Positions 38,501 to 49,656 of a DNA stretch of 64,000 bases are shown one piece after another. Source of the stretch: Azolla caroliniana. Its lineage: Eukaryota > Plantae > Polypodiophyta. The notes under the pieces were generated by a model. It did not search any database and was not told the DNA's origin. It saw only the letters and a program-made list of their open reading frames with translations. The DNA is taken from positions 9,486,001-9,550,000 of the forward strand of contig JBHGNT010000005.1 of the NCBI GenBank assembly GCA_043228905.1. Direction: 5' to 3'. The stretch's first letter is position 1. Each line of letters begins with the position of its first letter. The translations under genes and the position numbers were made by a program.

Positions 38501-39172
38501 TTACGGTGTGGATACCGAACTGGCAAAAGAAGAAGTAGAGGAAGTTGAAACCGAAACCGGCCAAGACCCCGAATTGGATTCGGATGAAGAACAAATAAAG
38601 GAGCCGGTTGCCGAAAGCCAAAGACAGAGATATCCTCTCAGAGAGAGAAGGGCCCCCCAAAGATTTCCAGATGCAGAGCATGTGCTGCTGACCGATGAGG
38701 GGGAGCTGGAAAACTTTGAAGAAGCGAAGGATGACACCTATCATGATATGGCAAGACTCGAACCCATGACCTTATGCTATATGGGTCGAGCTCTTGACCA
38801 TTAGATTATACATTGTAATACATAGAATATTATTTTCATTTATGTTTTATTATAGAAAATTGATGTATATTCTAGATTTCTCTAGAACATTCTAGAAACT
38901 TCAGGAGTATTCCTTAGAACACTATAAAAGGAGGCACAAGGCATTATTTCGAACCAAATCGGTTCAACGCCAGTCTTAAGCCTCCTAGTTACTATACATT
39001 TTCTTCACATAATATATATCTTTTCTTATCATCACTCTCTCTCTCTCTCTCGATCTCTCTCTCCCTCCCTCTCACTCACTCTTTCCTTCTCTCGAGAGTT
39101 CTTCACCTCTCTTAGTACTAATACTTCTTTTAGTACTAAGTCCTTCTCTGTCTTAGTACTGTTCCTGACAGT

Positions 39173-39185
39173 TTGAACCGATTTG
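39173..39185 (+). promoter_or_regulatory. Self-priming PBS of element M
   Basis: TTGAACCGATTTG is the exact complement of CAAATCGGTTCAA at 38955-38967, about 30 nt downstream of the LTR TATAAAA. Confidence 0.8.
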
Positions 39186-39244
39186 CCCTACCTTCTGTCT
39201 CTCTCATTTCCTACTAATCTCTTATTCCTCTTTTCTTTCATCCC

Positions 39245-40376
39245 ATGGTCACTGTTAGCACTGAAGAATATCAATTTGTTTTCTCGGAATTTCAATGCTT
39301 GAAAGAGAAGTTCCATGCTTTGGAACAAGAAAACCAACGGTTGCTGGGGGATCTTCAACAAATCTCCTTAGAAAAGCAGCAAACGCAACAACAGCATGGG
39401 GAACTTGCGTTACGCATGCAACAACTCGAAGCAACCATCGTAGCGATGCGACAACAAGGGCCCGGAACACAAGGGATTCATAAAGAACCCAAGATTGGCC
39501 TTCCCACGAAGTTCGATGGAACGCGATCGCAATTTAGAGGGTTCCTTAACCAGGTACGATTAGTTATTCAAATGAATCCTTCCCGGTATCCCACTGATGC
39601 ATCACGAGTGGGTTTAGTAGGCACTTTGTTAAGTGGCTCAGCGTTGGCATGGTTCGCTCCAATATTAGAAAAGGAATCTCCATTACTCAACAATTTTGAA
39701 GATTTTCTAGGTGAGTTTAAAGCATGTTTCGGAGATACTGACAGCATCAAGACCGCAATCAACAAAATTCGGCGATTACGCCAAGGTGACCGTCCAGCCT
39801 CCGCATACGCTGCAGATTTTCGCCTACTCGCCGCCGATATCCCTTGGGATGATCAAGCATTGATGGAGAAATTCCGTTATGGGTTACGCAACGATGTCAA
39901 GGATTTACTCTTGACCTTCCCCGAAGAGCCAAAGTCCTTAACAGAAGCAATCAGTCGTGCGGTGAGATGTGACAACCGCCTCTTTGAGCGACGTTCGAAA
40001 CGACAGCTACAGATGCCGAGGGCAAGATCAGAGCCCACCTACGCCTCAGTGGTAGCAAGACCTTTTCCGTGGTAGCGAATACTCCGACTCCGATGGAGAT
40101 TGACACTACACGTCGTCGAGGGCCATTATCCGAAGAAGAAAAGCAGCGACACCGTACAAATCGACTATGTCTTTACTGTGGTGGACCAGGACATATTGCA
40201 ATAAATTGCCCCCATAGGCCAAGAAGATAGGTAAACCAAATAGTCGTTAGTTCTAATTGTACTAAACCCGAGTCTATTTCAGTAGGGATATCTGATAGTC
40301 CTAATAGTACTAATAGCCCAGATCTAGTGAACAGATTTGATGTCCTTAGTCAGTTAGAAGAAGAGTTAAACGACTA
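39245..40376 (+). pseudogene. gag of element M (PEG10/DUF4939-like capsid plus zinc knuckle)
   Basis: Coiled coil, [33 protein letters not shown]...C. Disrupted near 40073. Confidence 0.9.
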
Positions 40377-43300
40377 AGTCCAGCCAAAATAGGAGTCGTT
40401 TGGTTGGACAGCCCTAGATCTGTGCAGCCCATTAGTGGTTCCATTCCCTCTAAGCAAGTTAGTGATGTGTTCGTAGCCCAAGTAATAGTTAGTACTAAAA
40501 GTACCCCTCCAATACATGTCCTAGCACTCCTAGATTCTGGAGCTAACTCTTGCTTTATGGATAAGAAATTTGCTCAAGCTCATAAGATATCCCTAAGAAA
40601 ACTCCAGTGTCCAGCCTCTGTAGTAGTCATTGATGGACATCCCATTGCTTCCGGAAATATCATAGAAGAGTCAGAGCCCATTAATATTGTCCTAGATAAC
40701 TTAGCATGTGTAGTATCATTTAATATTATTAGTATCCCAGAACATCCCATAGTTTTAGGATTACCGTGGTTCGAGTTACATAACCCAGACATAGATTGGA
40801 GAACAAGAGAAATCCGGTGTCGACAAACTTGAGGGTCAACTCAGAAGATGGCAACCATTTCGCTACGTCAGTTGCGTAAAGAAGGGCACAAGGAAGAAAT
40901 GTTCCTCTTTGCAATATCAGTAAACCCCTCCAGCACCACTAAAGAAGAATCCACCGTTCAACTTCCCGAGAAGTATCGTCATTACGCCGATGTGTTCGAT
41001 AAAGTACAAGCCAACACACTTCCTCATCATCGACTGTACGATTGCCCCATCGATTTACAACCGGGAAAAGAGCCGCCATGGGGACCGATCTACAATTTGT
41101 CACCAACCGAGTTGGAAGTCCTTCGGGCCTATATAGAGGAGAATTTGGAAAATGGTTTCATTCGGCATTCGAAATCTCCAGCGGGCGCGCCCATTTTCTT
41201 CATCAAGAAAAAGGATGGATCGCTTCGTCTCGTTGTAGATTACCGTGGCCTGAATAAGGTTACAATCAGGAATAGGTATGCTCTTCCCCTTATCTCAAGT
41301 CTTTTAGAACGGATCAATGGTGCCAGGTTCTTCACGAAGATTGACTTACGGGGAGCATATAACCTCGTACGGATCTGACCAGGAGACGAATGGAAGACCG
41401 CGTTTCGCACCAGATATGGGCACTTCGAGTATACGGTCATGCCGTTCGGCCTCACTAATGCACCGGCAGTCTTCCAGCACATGGCTAATGATATATTCCG
41501 AGATCTTTTGGATGATTGTTTGATCATCTATTTGGATGATCTACTGGTTTATTCAAAGACCCAAGAAGAACATGATTCTCATGTACTATTAGTACTAAAA
41601 CGACTTCGAGAACATGGTCTGTATGCAAAGCTGGAAAAATGTAGTTTCGGATGCAACCAAGTGGAATTTCTCGGCTACATCATTTCGTCAGAAGGCATCT
41701 CCATGGACCCAGCTAAGGTCAAAACGGTGGTAGAATGGCAGACTCTGCGTTCGGTGCGGGATGTGCAATGCTTCCTAGGCTTTGCCAATTTTTACCGGAA
41801 GTTCATACAAGATTACTCAAAGATCGTTCTACCTCTCACACAACTTACCAGGAAGGGACAACCGTTCATCTAGTCTGAAGAAACGGATGTGGCTTTCGAG
41901 AGTCTTAAAAAGGCATTTACCTCGGCTCCAATTCTAGCTCATGTCGATCCGGAAAAACCATTCATTATCGAAGCTGACGCATCCGATTTTGCATTGGGGA
42001 GCATTCTGTCACAACAGGGGAATGATGAGAAGCTACATCCTGTGGCTTTTCACTCACGCAAGTTTGACGCCACCGAAATCAACTACGAGATTCATGATAA
42101 GGAGCTATTGGCAATAGTGGATTCTTTTATGTAATGGAGGCATTTTCTGGAGGGATCCTCTCATCCGGTCACCGTATTTAGTGACCACAAGAACCTTGCC
42201 TACTTTCAGGATGCTCATGTGTTGAATCGACGTCAAGCTCGGTGGGCCCACTTCCTCATGCGTTTCGACTTCAAAATTACATATCGTCCGGGGAAGCACC
42301 AAGGGAAGGCAGATGCATTATCACGGCGTTCGTATCTAGCACCCTGTCCCGGCGAGCTAGCTTTCGATAACCAAAAACAAGTCATCTTGGGACCGGCACG
42401 ACTACAAGCAACACAGATCTTTGACATGCCCATGGATTCCCGCGTTATCGATACCATACGCGAAGACTTGAAGACAGATGCGTTCGCCCAAGCTATACTA
42501 GCACAAATTGATCCCTCTCGAGCGTCGTGTTCACAGTCGCAACCACCAGGTACGGACTATCGGCAATTCCAATACCATGATGGATTACTCTTCTTTAAAG
42601 AACTTTTGTATGTTCCTAATGGTTCTTGCCGCCTTCAAGTAGTACAAAACTGTCATGACACATATACAACTGGGCATTTTGGTAGTACTAAAACACTACA
42701 TTTAGTACAACGATCATTCTGGTGGCCTTATATGCGACAATTTGTTGAGGATTTTGTTCGGACTTGTGATACATGCTGCAGAGCGAAAATGCCAAGGCAT
42801 CATCCATACGGTTTATTAGAACCATTACCAATTCCAAGCAAGCCGTGGCAGTCCATTGCTCTAGACTTCATCACAGATCTTCCAGTCTCTAAGGGGTTCA
42901 ATGCGATTCTAACGGTGGTCGATCGATATACGAAGATGGCTCATTTCTTGCCATGTACTAAGGAGATCTCCAGTGAAGACACTGCCAAAATTGTCATGCG
43001 TGAAGTATGTCGGCATCATGGACTTCCAGATAGTATCATCAGTGACCATGGACCCCAGTTCATGTCAAAATTCTGGAAGCACCTTTTTAATATGCTCAAG
43101 GTCAGTTGTAACCTCTCCTCCGGTTACCACCCACAAACCGACGGCCAAGCCAAACGAACCAATCAAACGCTGGAGCAGTATCTGCGGTGCTTTCTCAGCT
43201 ATCATCAGGATGACTAGGCAGATATTCTCCACTTCGCCGAATTTGCCTATAACAACTCTATCCACGCATCCACGAAAGTTACGCCATTTTATGCTTATAC

Positions 43301-43961
43301 GGGATGTCACCCCCGGTGGTGTGTACTTGAAACCCCAGAGGTGTCCACAAATCCTTGCGCAGAGGATCGTTTGGAGAGGTTACGCAAGATACAAGCGGAT
43401 TTGTCTACTCATCTCCAACAATCTCAACAAACACACAAGGTTTATGCGGATCGTCATCGACTCCCATCTAGTTTTAACATTGGAGATTGGGTATGGCTAC
43501 TCCGACGACACATCAAAACTACTCGCCCATGCGAGAAGTTGGATTATCGGCGATTAGGTCCTTTTCGTATTATAGGAAAGATTAATGATGTCGCTTTTCG
43601 TCTTTATCTACCTCCACAACTTCGGATACATCCGGTGTTTCATAGTTCTCTCCTCGAACCCTATCAAGAGAGCACCATCCCAGGCCGTATTACACAGCCT
43701 CCACCCCCGATCGAGCTTGAAGATGGACCTGAGTATGAGGTTGCCGCCATCCTTGATTCCAAGTTTGTTCGCAACAAGCTCTACTATCTAGTCGATTGGC
43801 TAGGATATAGTCCCAGTGAGCGTACTTGGGAACCGATAGAGAATGTCACCAATGCTCGTGCTCTTCTTGAAGACTTCCATCGTCAATATCCAGACAAACC
43901 AGGTCCTCAATCCAAAACGACTCGTTACACTCGTCGTTTTAAAGGGGGGATAGTGTCATGA
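40377..43961 (+). pseudogene. pol of element M (PR-RT-RH-INT-chromodomain)
   Basis: ORF pieces starting at 40404, 40848, 41439, 41889, 42219 and 43341 are joined by point stops and frameshifts. Confidence 0.93.
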
Positions 43962-46011
43962 TATGGCAAGACTCGAACCCATGACCTTATGCTATATGGG
44001 TCGAGCTCTTAACCATTGGATTATACATTGTAATACGTAGAATATTATTTTCATTTATATTTTATTATAGAAAATTGATGTATATTCCAGATTTCTCTAG
44101 AACATTCTAGAAACTTCAGGAGTATTCCTTAGAACACTATAAAAGGAGGCACAAGGCATTATTTCGAACCAAATCGGTTCAACGCCAGTCTTAAGCCTCC
44201 TAGTTATTGTACATTTTCTTCACATAATATATATCTTTTTTTATCATCACTCTCTCTCTCTCTCTCTCGATCTCTCTCTCCCTCCCTCTCACTCACTCTT
44301 TCCTTCTCTCGAGAGTTCTTCAACTCTCTTAGTACTAATACTTCTTTTAGTACTAAGTCCTTCTCTGTCTTAGTATTGTTCCTAACAACACCAATAGCCA
44401 CAAGTGGTTGAGTGTCATGCAGGACGAGATGGATTCCTTGCATGAGATCCACACGTATGAATTGGTGGAGTTGCCGAAAGGAAAGAGGGCACTCCGAAAC
44501 AAGTGGGTGTACAAGTTGAAACCAGGAGATGCCGGCAACCCTCCAAGATACAAAGCTAGGATCGTGGTGAAGGGGTTCCAGCAGAAGAAGGGCGTGGACT
44601 TCGATGAGATATTTGCCCCGGTAGTAAAGATGACTTCTATCCGAACGGTGCTGAGTATAGTGGCAAGCATGGACCTCAAGGTAGAGCAGTTGGACGTGAA
44701 GACGACATTCCTTCACGGTGACCTCGAAGAGGAGATCTACATGCAGCAACCGGAAGGATTCGTGGAGAAAGGGAAGGAGCACCTGGTTTTCCGGTTGAAG
44801 AAGAGCTTGTACGGACTGAAGCAGTCTCCCCGACAATGGTACCGGAAGTTCGACTCCTTCATGACCGACCAAGGGTATCACAAAACGGAAACCGATCACT
44901 GCGTGTTTGTGGAGAAGTTCGAAGGAGGCGACTTCCTGATACTCCTTCTGTACGTGGACGACATGTTGATCGTCAGACGAGACCAAGCCAAAATACGAAT
45001 GCTGAAGAAGGTTCTCAACCGAACTTTCTCAATGAAGGACTTGGGCCCGGCAAGACAGATACTGGGGATGCACATCATCCGGGACCGGTCAAAGAAGCAA
45101 TTGTGGTTGTCACAGGAGAAATATGTGACAAAGGTGCTTCAGTGGTTCAACATGTTAGAAGCAAAACTGGTCGGATCGACACTCCGGGCAAACTGCAGAC
45201 TATCCGATAAGCAAAGCCCGAAGACGAAAGCAATCCTGGCAAGGAACACTGGAACGTGGTCAAATGGATACTCTGGTACTTGAAGGGCACTTCGAATATG
45301 TGTCTCCGATTCAGCTCCGGTAAACCTCAACTTGACAGTTTTACCGATTCGAACATGTCGGCTGATGTGGATACCAGCCGGTCTGTTGTCCAGAGGATAG
45401 AAATGTAAAATTAGCAAATTAGCAAACGCCGAGTCCGAGTATCACGGGCCACCGATGGCTCGGTTGTGTGTTAGGGGAAAAGTTATTTAAACGAGAAGCA
45501 GTACCTCAGAAAGGAGAGAGAAGAAAATTATAGGCGGAAGCACTAGCTTAGTCATTCGAATTAGATAAACTCATAAGTGTTCTGTAATCCTTTTCTGCCA
45601 TAGTAATATATCTTAATTGTGCCTATTTTGCTGCATGAGTCTGTGTTTCGATCTATACCTATGAGTTTCACGCCGCCACGTCTATCAAAACCTCGCTAGT
45701 GTTTTCTCTTTGAGCCCTGTATCTCTCTCGACGCCTCTGTACGAGCCTTCACGTACCACGCCCTTGAAGACCGATAGACACAGATCTATCGAAGGTGTTC
45801 ACCCAAAGGAACGGGTAACACAATTTGGCACGCCCGGTTACAGCTGTGAGTGCACAGCGAACTTTGTTGAAGGTAACCACCAGCCGCCGTTACGGCGCCC
45901 TCTCGCACCACGAGGTCTCGGTCACCTGCTCGACGCCCTGAGCCAGTCAAAGGAACTTCCGACTCGGCGGTCACTGACCAATCCTTTCCCGATCAATCGG
46001 GGGCTTGTCCA

Positions 46012-46900
46012 GTGCAATCCTCGCCACCGGACACTCAATCACGAGTGGATTCACCACCAGAGCCCCCGTCGAGCCCTCCGGAGGTCAATCAACCGGAACT
46101 AAACCCTTTTCCGGTGCTACCAGAAGAACCACGGTACGACATCATGCCGTACCCATACCCACGATATGCTGACGGACCTGACGCGGAGTCACACTTCCAT
46201 GCCTTCATATCCACGTGGCAAGCTAACCACTCCACGCACCGCCTCACACCGGCCGAAATCGATGCCTGGAAGATTGCCGAGTTCACACTCTCCCTCGAGG
46301 GACCGGCCGCACGATGGTACTCTCGTCTCGAAATAGGAGAGGCCACCACTTTCCAAATCATGCGCACAAAGTTCCTTGAACTTTTTCATCGCGAGGTGCC
46401 TAAACGGGAACTGCTACGGCAATTCTTCTCTATATGCCAGGAACCGCACGAAATGGTCGCGCAGTTCACGATCCGGTTCCAAGATCTCTACAGACAAGTG
46501 GCCGATGATGTCTCGGCACAACATATACCGAACACTTTCCTATCCAGTTTACTAGAGCCTCTACGAACGACTCTCGCACTTACAAATTTCGCCAACCATA
46601 CTATCGAACAAGTCATAGCGCGCGTTCTCGCCCTCGATCGGAACCAGCACGGCACGGCCTTCTCGATGACATCCTTGCAAAACGCTCTTCCCCAAGAGGA
46701 CAATCGCTTTCACCAAGCCCTCCAATGCACTGCGTGTTCGGGATCAGGACACCTGGCCCTCGAATGTCCCCACCGACCACAGTGTCCGATCTGTCAGTCT
46801 CGAGTTCACACGGTCGAGCAGTGCGAATATAATATGCTGAACCGCACAACGGCGGCACCGGTCCGCCAGATCGAGCCACGAAATACATACTCTCGGCAAG
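46012..46900 (+). CDS. gag of element G with two Cys/His knuckles
   Basis: SLEGPAARWY, QEPHEMVAQFTIRF, CTACSGSGHLALEC and CPICQSRVHTVEQC. The reading after about 46900 is the shadow of the next ORF. Confidence 0.8.
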
Positions 46901-48088
46901 ACGAGCGATATATCTACCACGGCCAAGGAAGCCGAACTCAAAAGCAAGCTGGAGGAATACGCAGCCACAGTGGTGAAGAAAGAGACGGAGGTTCTAGACC
47001 TACAGGCCGCGCTCGACAATGCACACAACTGGAACCAGCGGCAGGAGGAAAGAAATCGCGAACGGGAGGAGAGGATGAACGCGGAGAATGCCGAGCTGTA
47101 GAGTCAACGGACGACCCTTAAAGAGATGGCTGACGAGTTTTTCATCAAATGCAAGCTACTTTCGGAGCAAAAAGACGCCTTATCGGATTCCTACTTTGCC
47201 CTACAAGAAGAGAGAATCGTCAAACGGGAACAAATCCAGGCCACGTGTCAGAAAGAACGGGAGCAGGCCACCGAAGAACTCACCAAGCGTTACGAGCAGG
47301 CTCTCCAGCTCATAACCGCGGATGCAAAGAACAGTCAGACCATCTATGAGCTAAGGACACAGAAGATTCAGGCCGAGGTCGACAGCTTAAAACAGGAATT
47401 AGCAGCTATCCGAGCACAGCCCAGCATGGATGAGACACGCATCCGCATACTGCTCGAGAAACAGCGCCAGCACCTTACCAAAAAGGTCGAGGAAACAATA
47501 AGTCGCCCAGGAGACGAATGGGCAGCCCAAGCTGCCGAATTGCATACTTTACGCGCCGACACCGAGAACCGACGGAAGGAGGGCCACGGCTTCTACAAAA
47601 TGGACGAAGCCAGCATTCAAAACCTGCGTGCAGATTTAACCGAGGATTACCAGTCCTTGGCAAAATCTCACACCGCGGCAATCGAGCAAATAATGGAGGA
47701 CTTCAATGACGGTCAGATGTTGTTTCACCTGGAAGCAGAAGCCTTCGAACAAGAACGACTTGCAGCCATCCCCACCAGCCCTCCAACGGCCACAGAGCAG
47801 AAAGAAGAACCTCCCAGCAAGGAGATCACGGACACGGCACAGGAGGAACTTGCCCCGGCCAACAGACATCCCTTGGACGCCCACACGGTACCAAAGCCTG
47901 TCGAAGGAGAGGTCAGCACCCACGAACCCACACCCCCACCAGAAGAATCGGCCGCACCCGAGGCGGACGCCCGAGAAGAAATGCCACCCCCGGACCAAAC
48001 TCAACCCCCCGCACCGACAGTGCAACCAGACTACCCTGCCACCACCTCGGACCCCGAAAGCATCCTCGACATCTTAAAGGAGGAATGA
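46890..48088 (+). pseudogene. Coiled-coil extra ORF of element G (open 47126-48088; upstream part separated by a TAG near 47099)
   Basis: Heptad-rich E/K/Q/R sequence, a conserved block WAAQAAELHTLRADTENRRKEGHGFYK, and a Pro/Glu tail. Confidence 0.75.
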
Positions 48089-49656
48089 AACGAGGATCAC
48101 GCCTAAAAGGCAATTTTTGTAATATTGTTAGTATTTGGAAGTCGTGGGTCCGACGGACAAGGTCCTGTCCCACGGCCGTGCCAAGTGTTGTCTAGAGGAC
48201 AGAAATGTAAAATTAGGAAATTAGCAAACGTCGAGTCCGAGTATCACGGGCCACCGATGGCTCGGCTGTGTGTTAGGGGAAAAGTTATTTAAACGAGAAG
48301 CAGTACCTCAAAAAGGAGAGAGAAGAAAATTATAGGCGGAAGCACTAGCTTAGTCATTCGAATTAGATAAACTCGTAAGGTCACCGGCCATAGGCCGTGT
48401 TCTGTAATCCTTTTCTGCCATAGTAATATATCTTAATTGTGCCTATTTTGCTGCATGAGTCTGTGTTTCGATCTATACCTATGAGTTTCACGCCGCCACG
48501 TCTATCAAAACCTCGCTAGTGTTTTCTCTCTGAGCCCTGTATCTCTCTCGACGCCTCTGTACGAGCCTTCACGTACCATGCCCTTGAAGACCGATAGACG
48601 CAGATCTATCGAAGGTGTTCACCCAAAGGAACGGGTAACACGGTCTACATTCGGGTATGCAGGGGGAGCTGTTTCATGGCAGTCGAGGCTGCAGAAGATA
48701 GTTGCGTTGTCAACCACGGAGGCAGAGTACATGGCGGTTGTGGAAGCCGGCAAGGAAGTATTATGGATGAAGGACTTCATCGGAGAGCTCGGTATCCAGC
48801 AAGATGAATACCAGCTCTATTGCGACAGTCAAAGTGTCATCCACCTTGCTAAGAACGCAGCGTACCATTCCAGGACGAAGCACATCTAACGTAGGTATCA
48901 CTGGATCCGGGAGCGAGTAGAAGATTGAGAGTTCGCACTGACAAAGATCCACACGACCGAGAACGGGTCGGATATGCTTACCAAAGTACTGATACCTGAC
49001 AAGCTGGATGCATGTCGAAGCGGATCGGACTAGTAAAACATCCCATGCTGGAGTGAAGGGGGAGTTTATTAAGAAACAGGTCCCTCCGGATGGGAAGTAA
49101 GAAGAACAGTGTTGATGAGCAACTCGGCCGAGGCCGAATCCGGATGTGGAGTACCTGGCAACAGAAGACCCAGTGAGAACTGGATATTGCAGGCCCGGTG
49201 AGAACCTCTCATCGGATGGAAGGGACATATATGCAAATATGTTCCAGAGAGCCCAATGGGGCTATATTTGTAAATGGCCCGAAAGTCATATTAGTATAAA
49301 TAGGACCTAGGGCAAACTTAATAGTTATGATGATAGAGTTATTGGTCTAACCTCTGTACAGTACGTAAGAGAGAGAGAGAGAGAGCGATATACAGAGATT
49401 GTGTCTCTGTTGTAACCGCCGCTAGGCGAAGATTGTGAGCAAGAGGTCGTTGCCTCTGTGCTCCCTGTTGTATTACTTTACAAAGTGATAGTTTGGAGTC
49501 TGTGGACTCCCGTCGTTTATTCCCTCTCAGGGTTTTCCACATTAATATCCTGTGTATTCTCTTTATGTTTTGTCGACTTACCTCCATTCCCATTTCTTCT
49601 GTGTTTTGATTGTCATCAAGTGATCTACACTTCGGTTGTGGCCGGAGATTAATCCG

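Larger units (their letters stand above)
38739..44387 (+). mobile_element. Full-length Tcn1-like chromovirus M
   Basis: LTRs 38739-39170 and 43954-44387. Perfect TSD ACACC. PPT AAAGGGGGGATAG. gag, PR (LLDSGA), RT (YLDD), RH (EADASD), INT and chromodomain are present with scattered stops. Confidence 0.96.
45384..48640 (+). mobile_element. Gypsy element G: gag plus coiled-coil ORF, no pol
   Basis: LTRs 45384-45820 and 48186-48640 (18-bp indel). Perfect TSD CGGTC. PBS TGGCACGCCCGGT at 45826. No PPT before the 3' LTR. Confidence 0.94.
35558..49656 (+). mobile_element. Copia N (Tnt1/Tork-like), interrupted by M and G
   Basis: LTRs 35558-36240 and 49067-49656 (end clipped). PBS TGTTATCAGAG. gag about 36260-37200, INT 37434-38378, RT 44408-45230 (YVDDM), RH 45300-45383 plus 48641-49030. 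PPT GAGTGAAGGGGGAG. Confidence 0.92.

Noticed and set aside
44204-44986. Long antisense ORF (260 aa) and the many similar short opposite-strand ORFs
   Set aside because: These are shadow frames of Copia/Gypsy pol; this one crosses an insertion junction.
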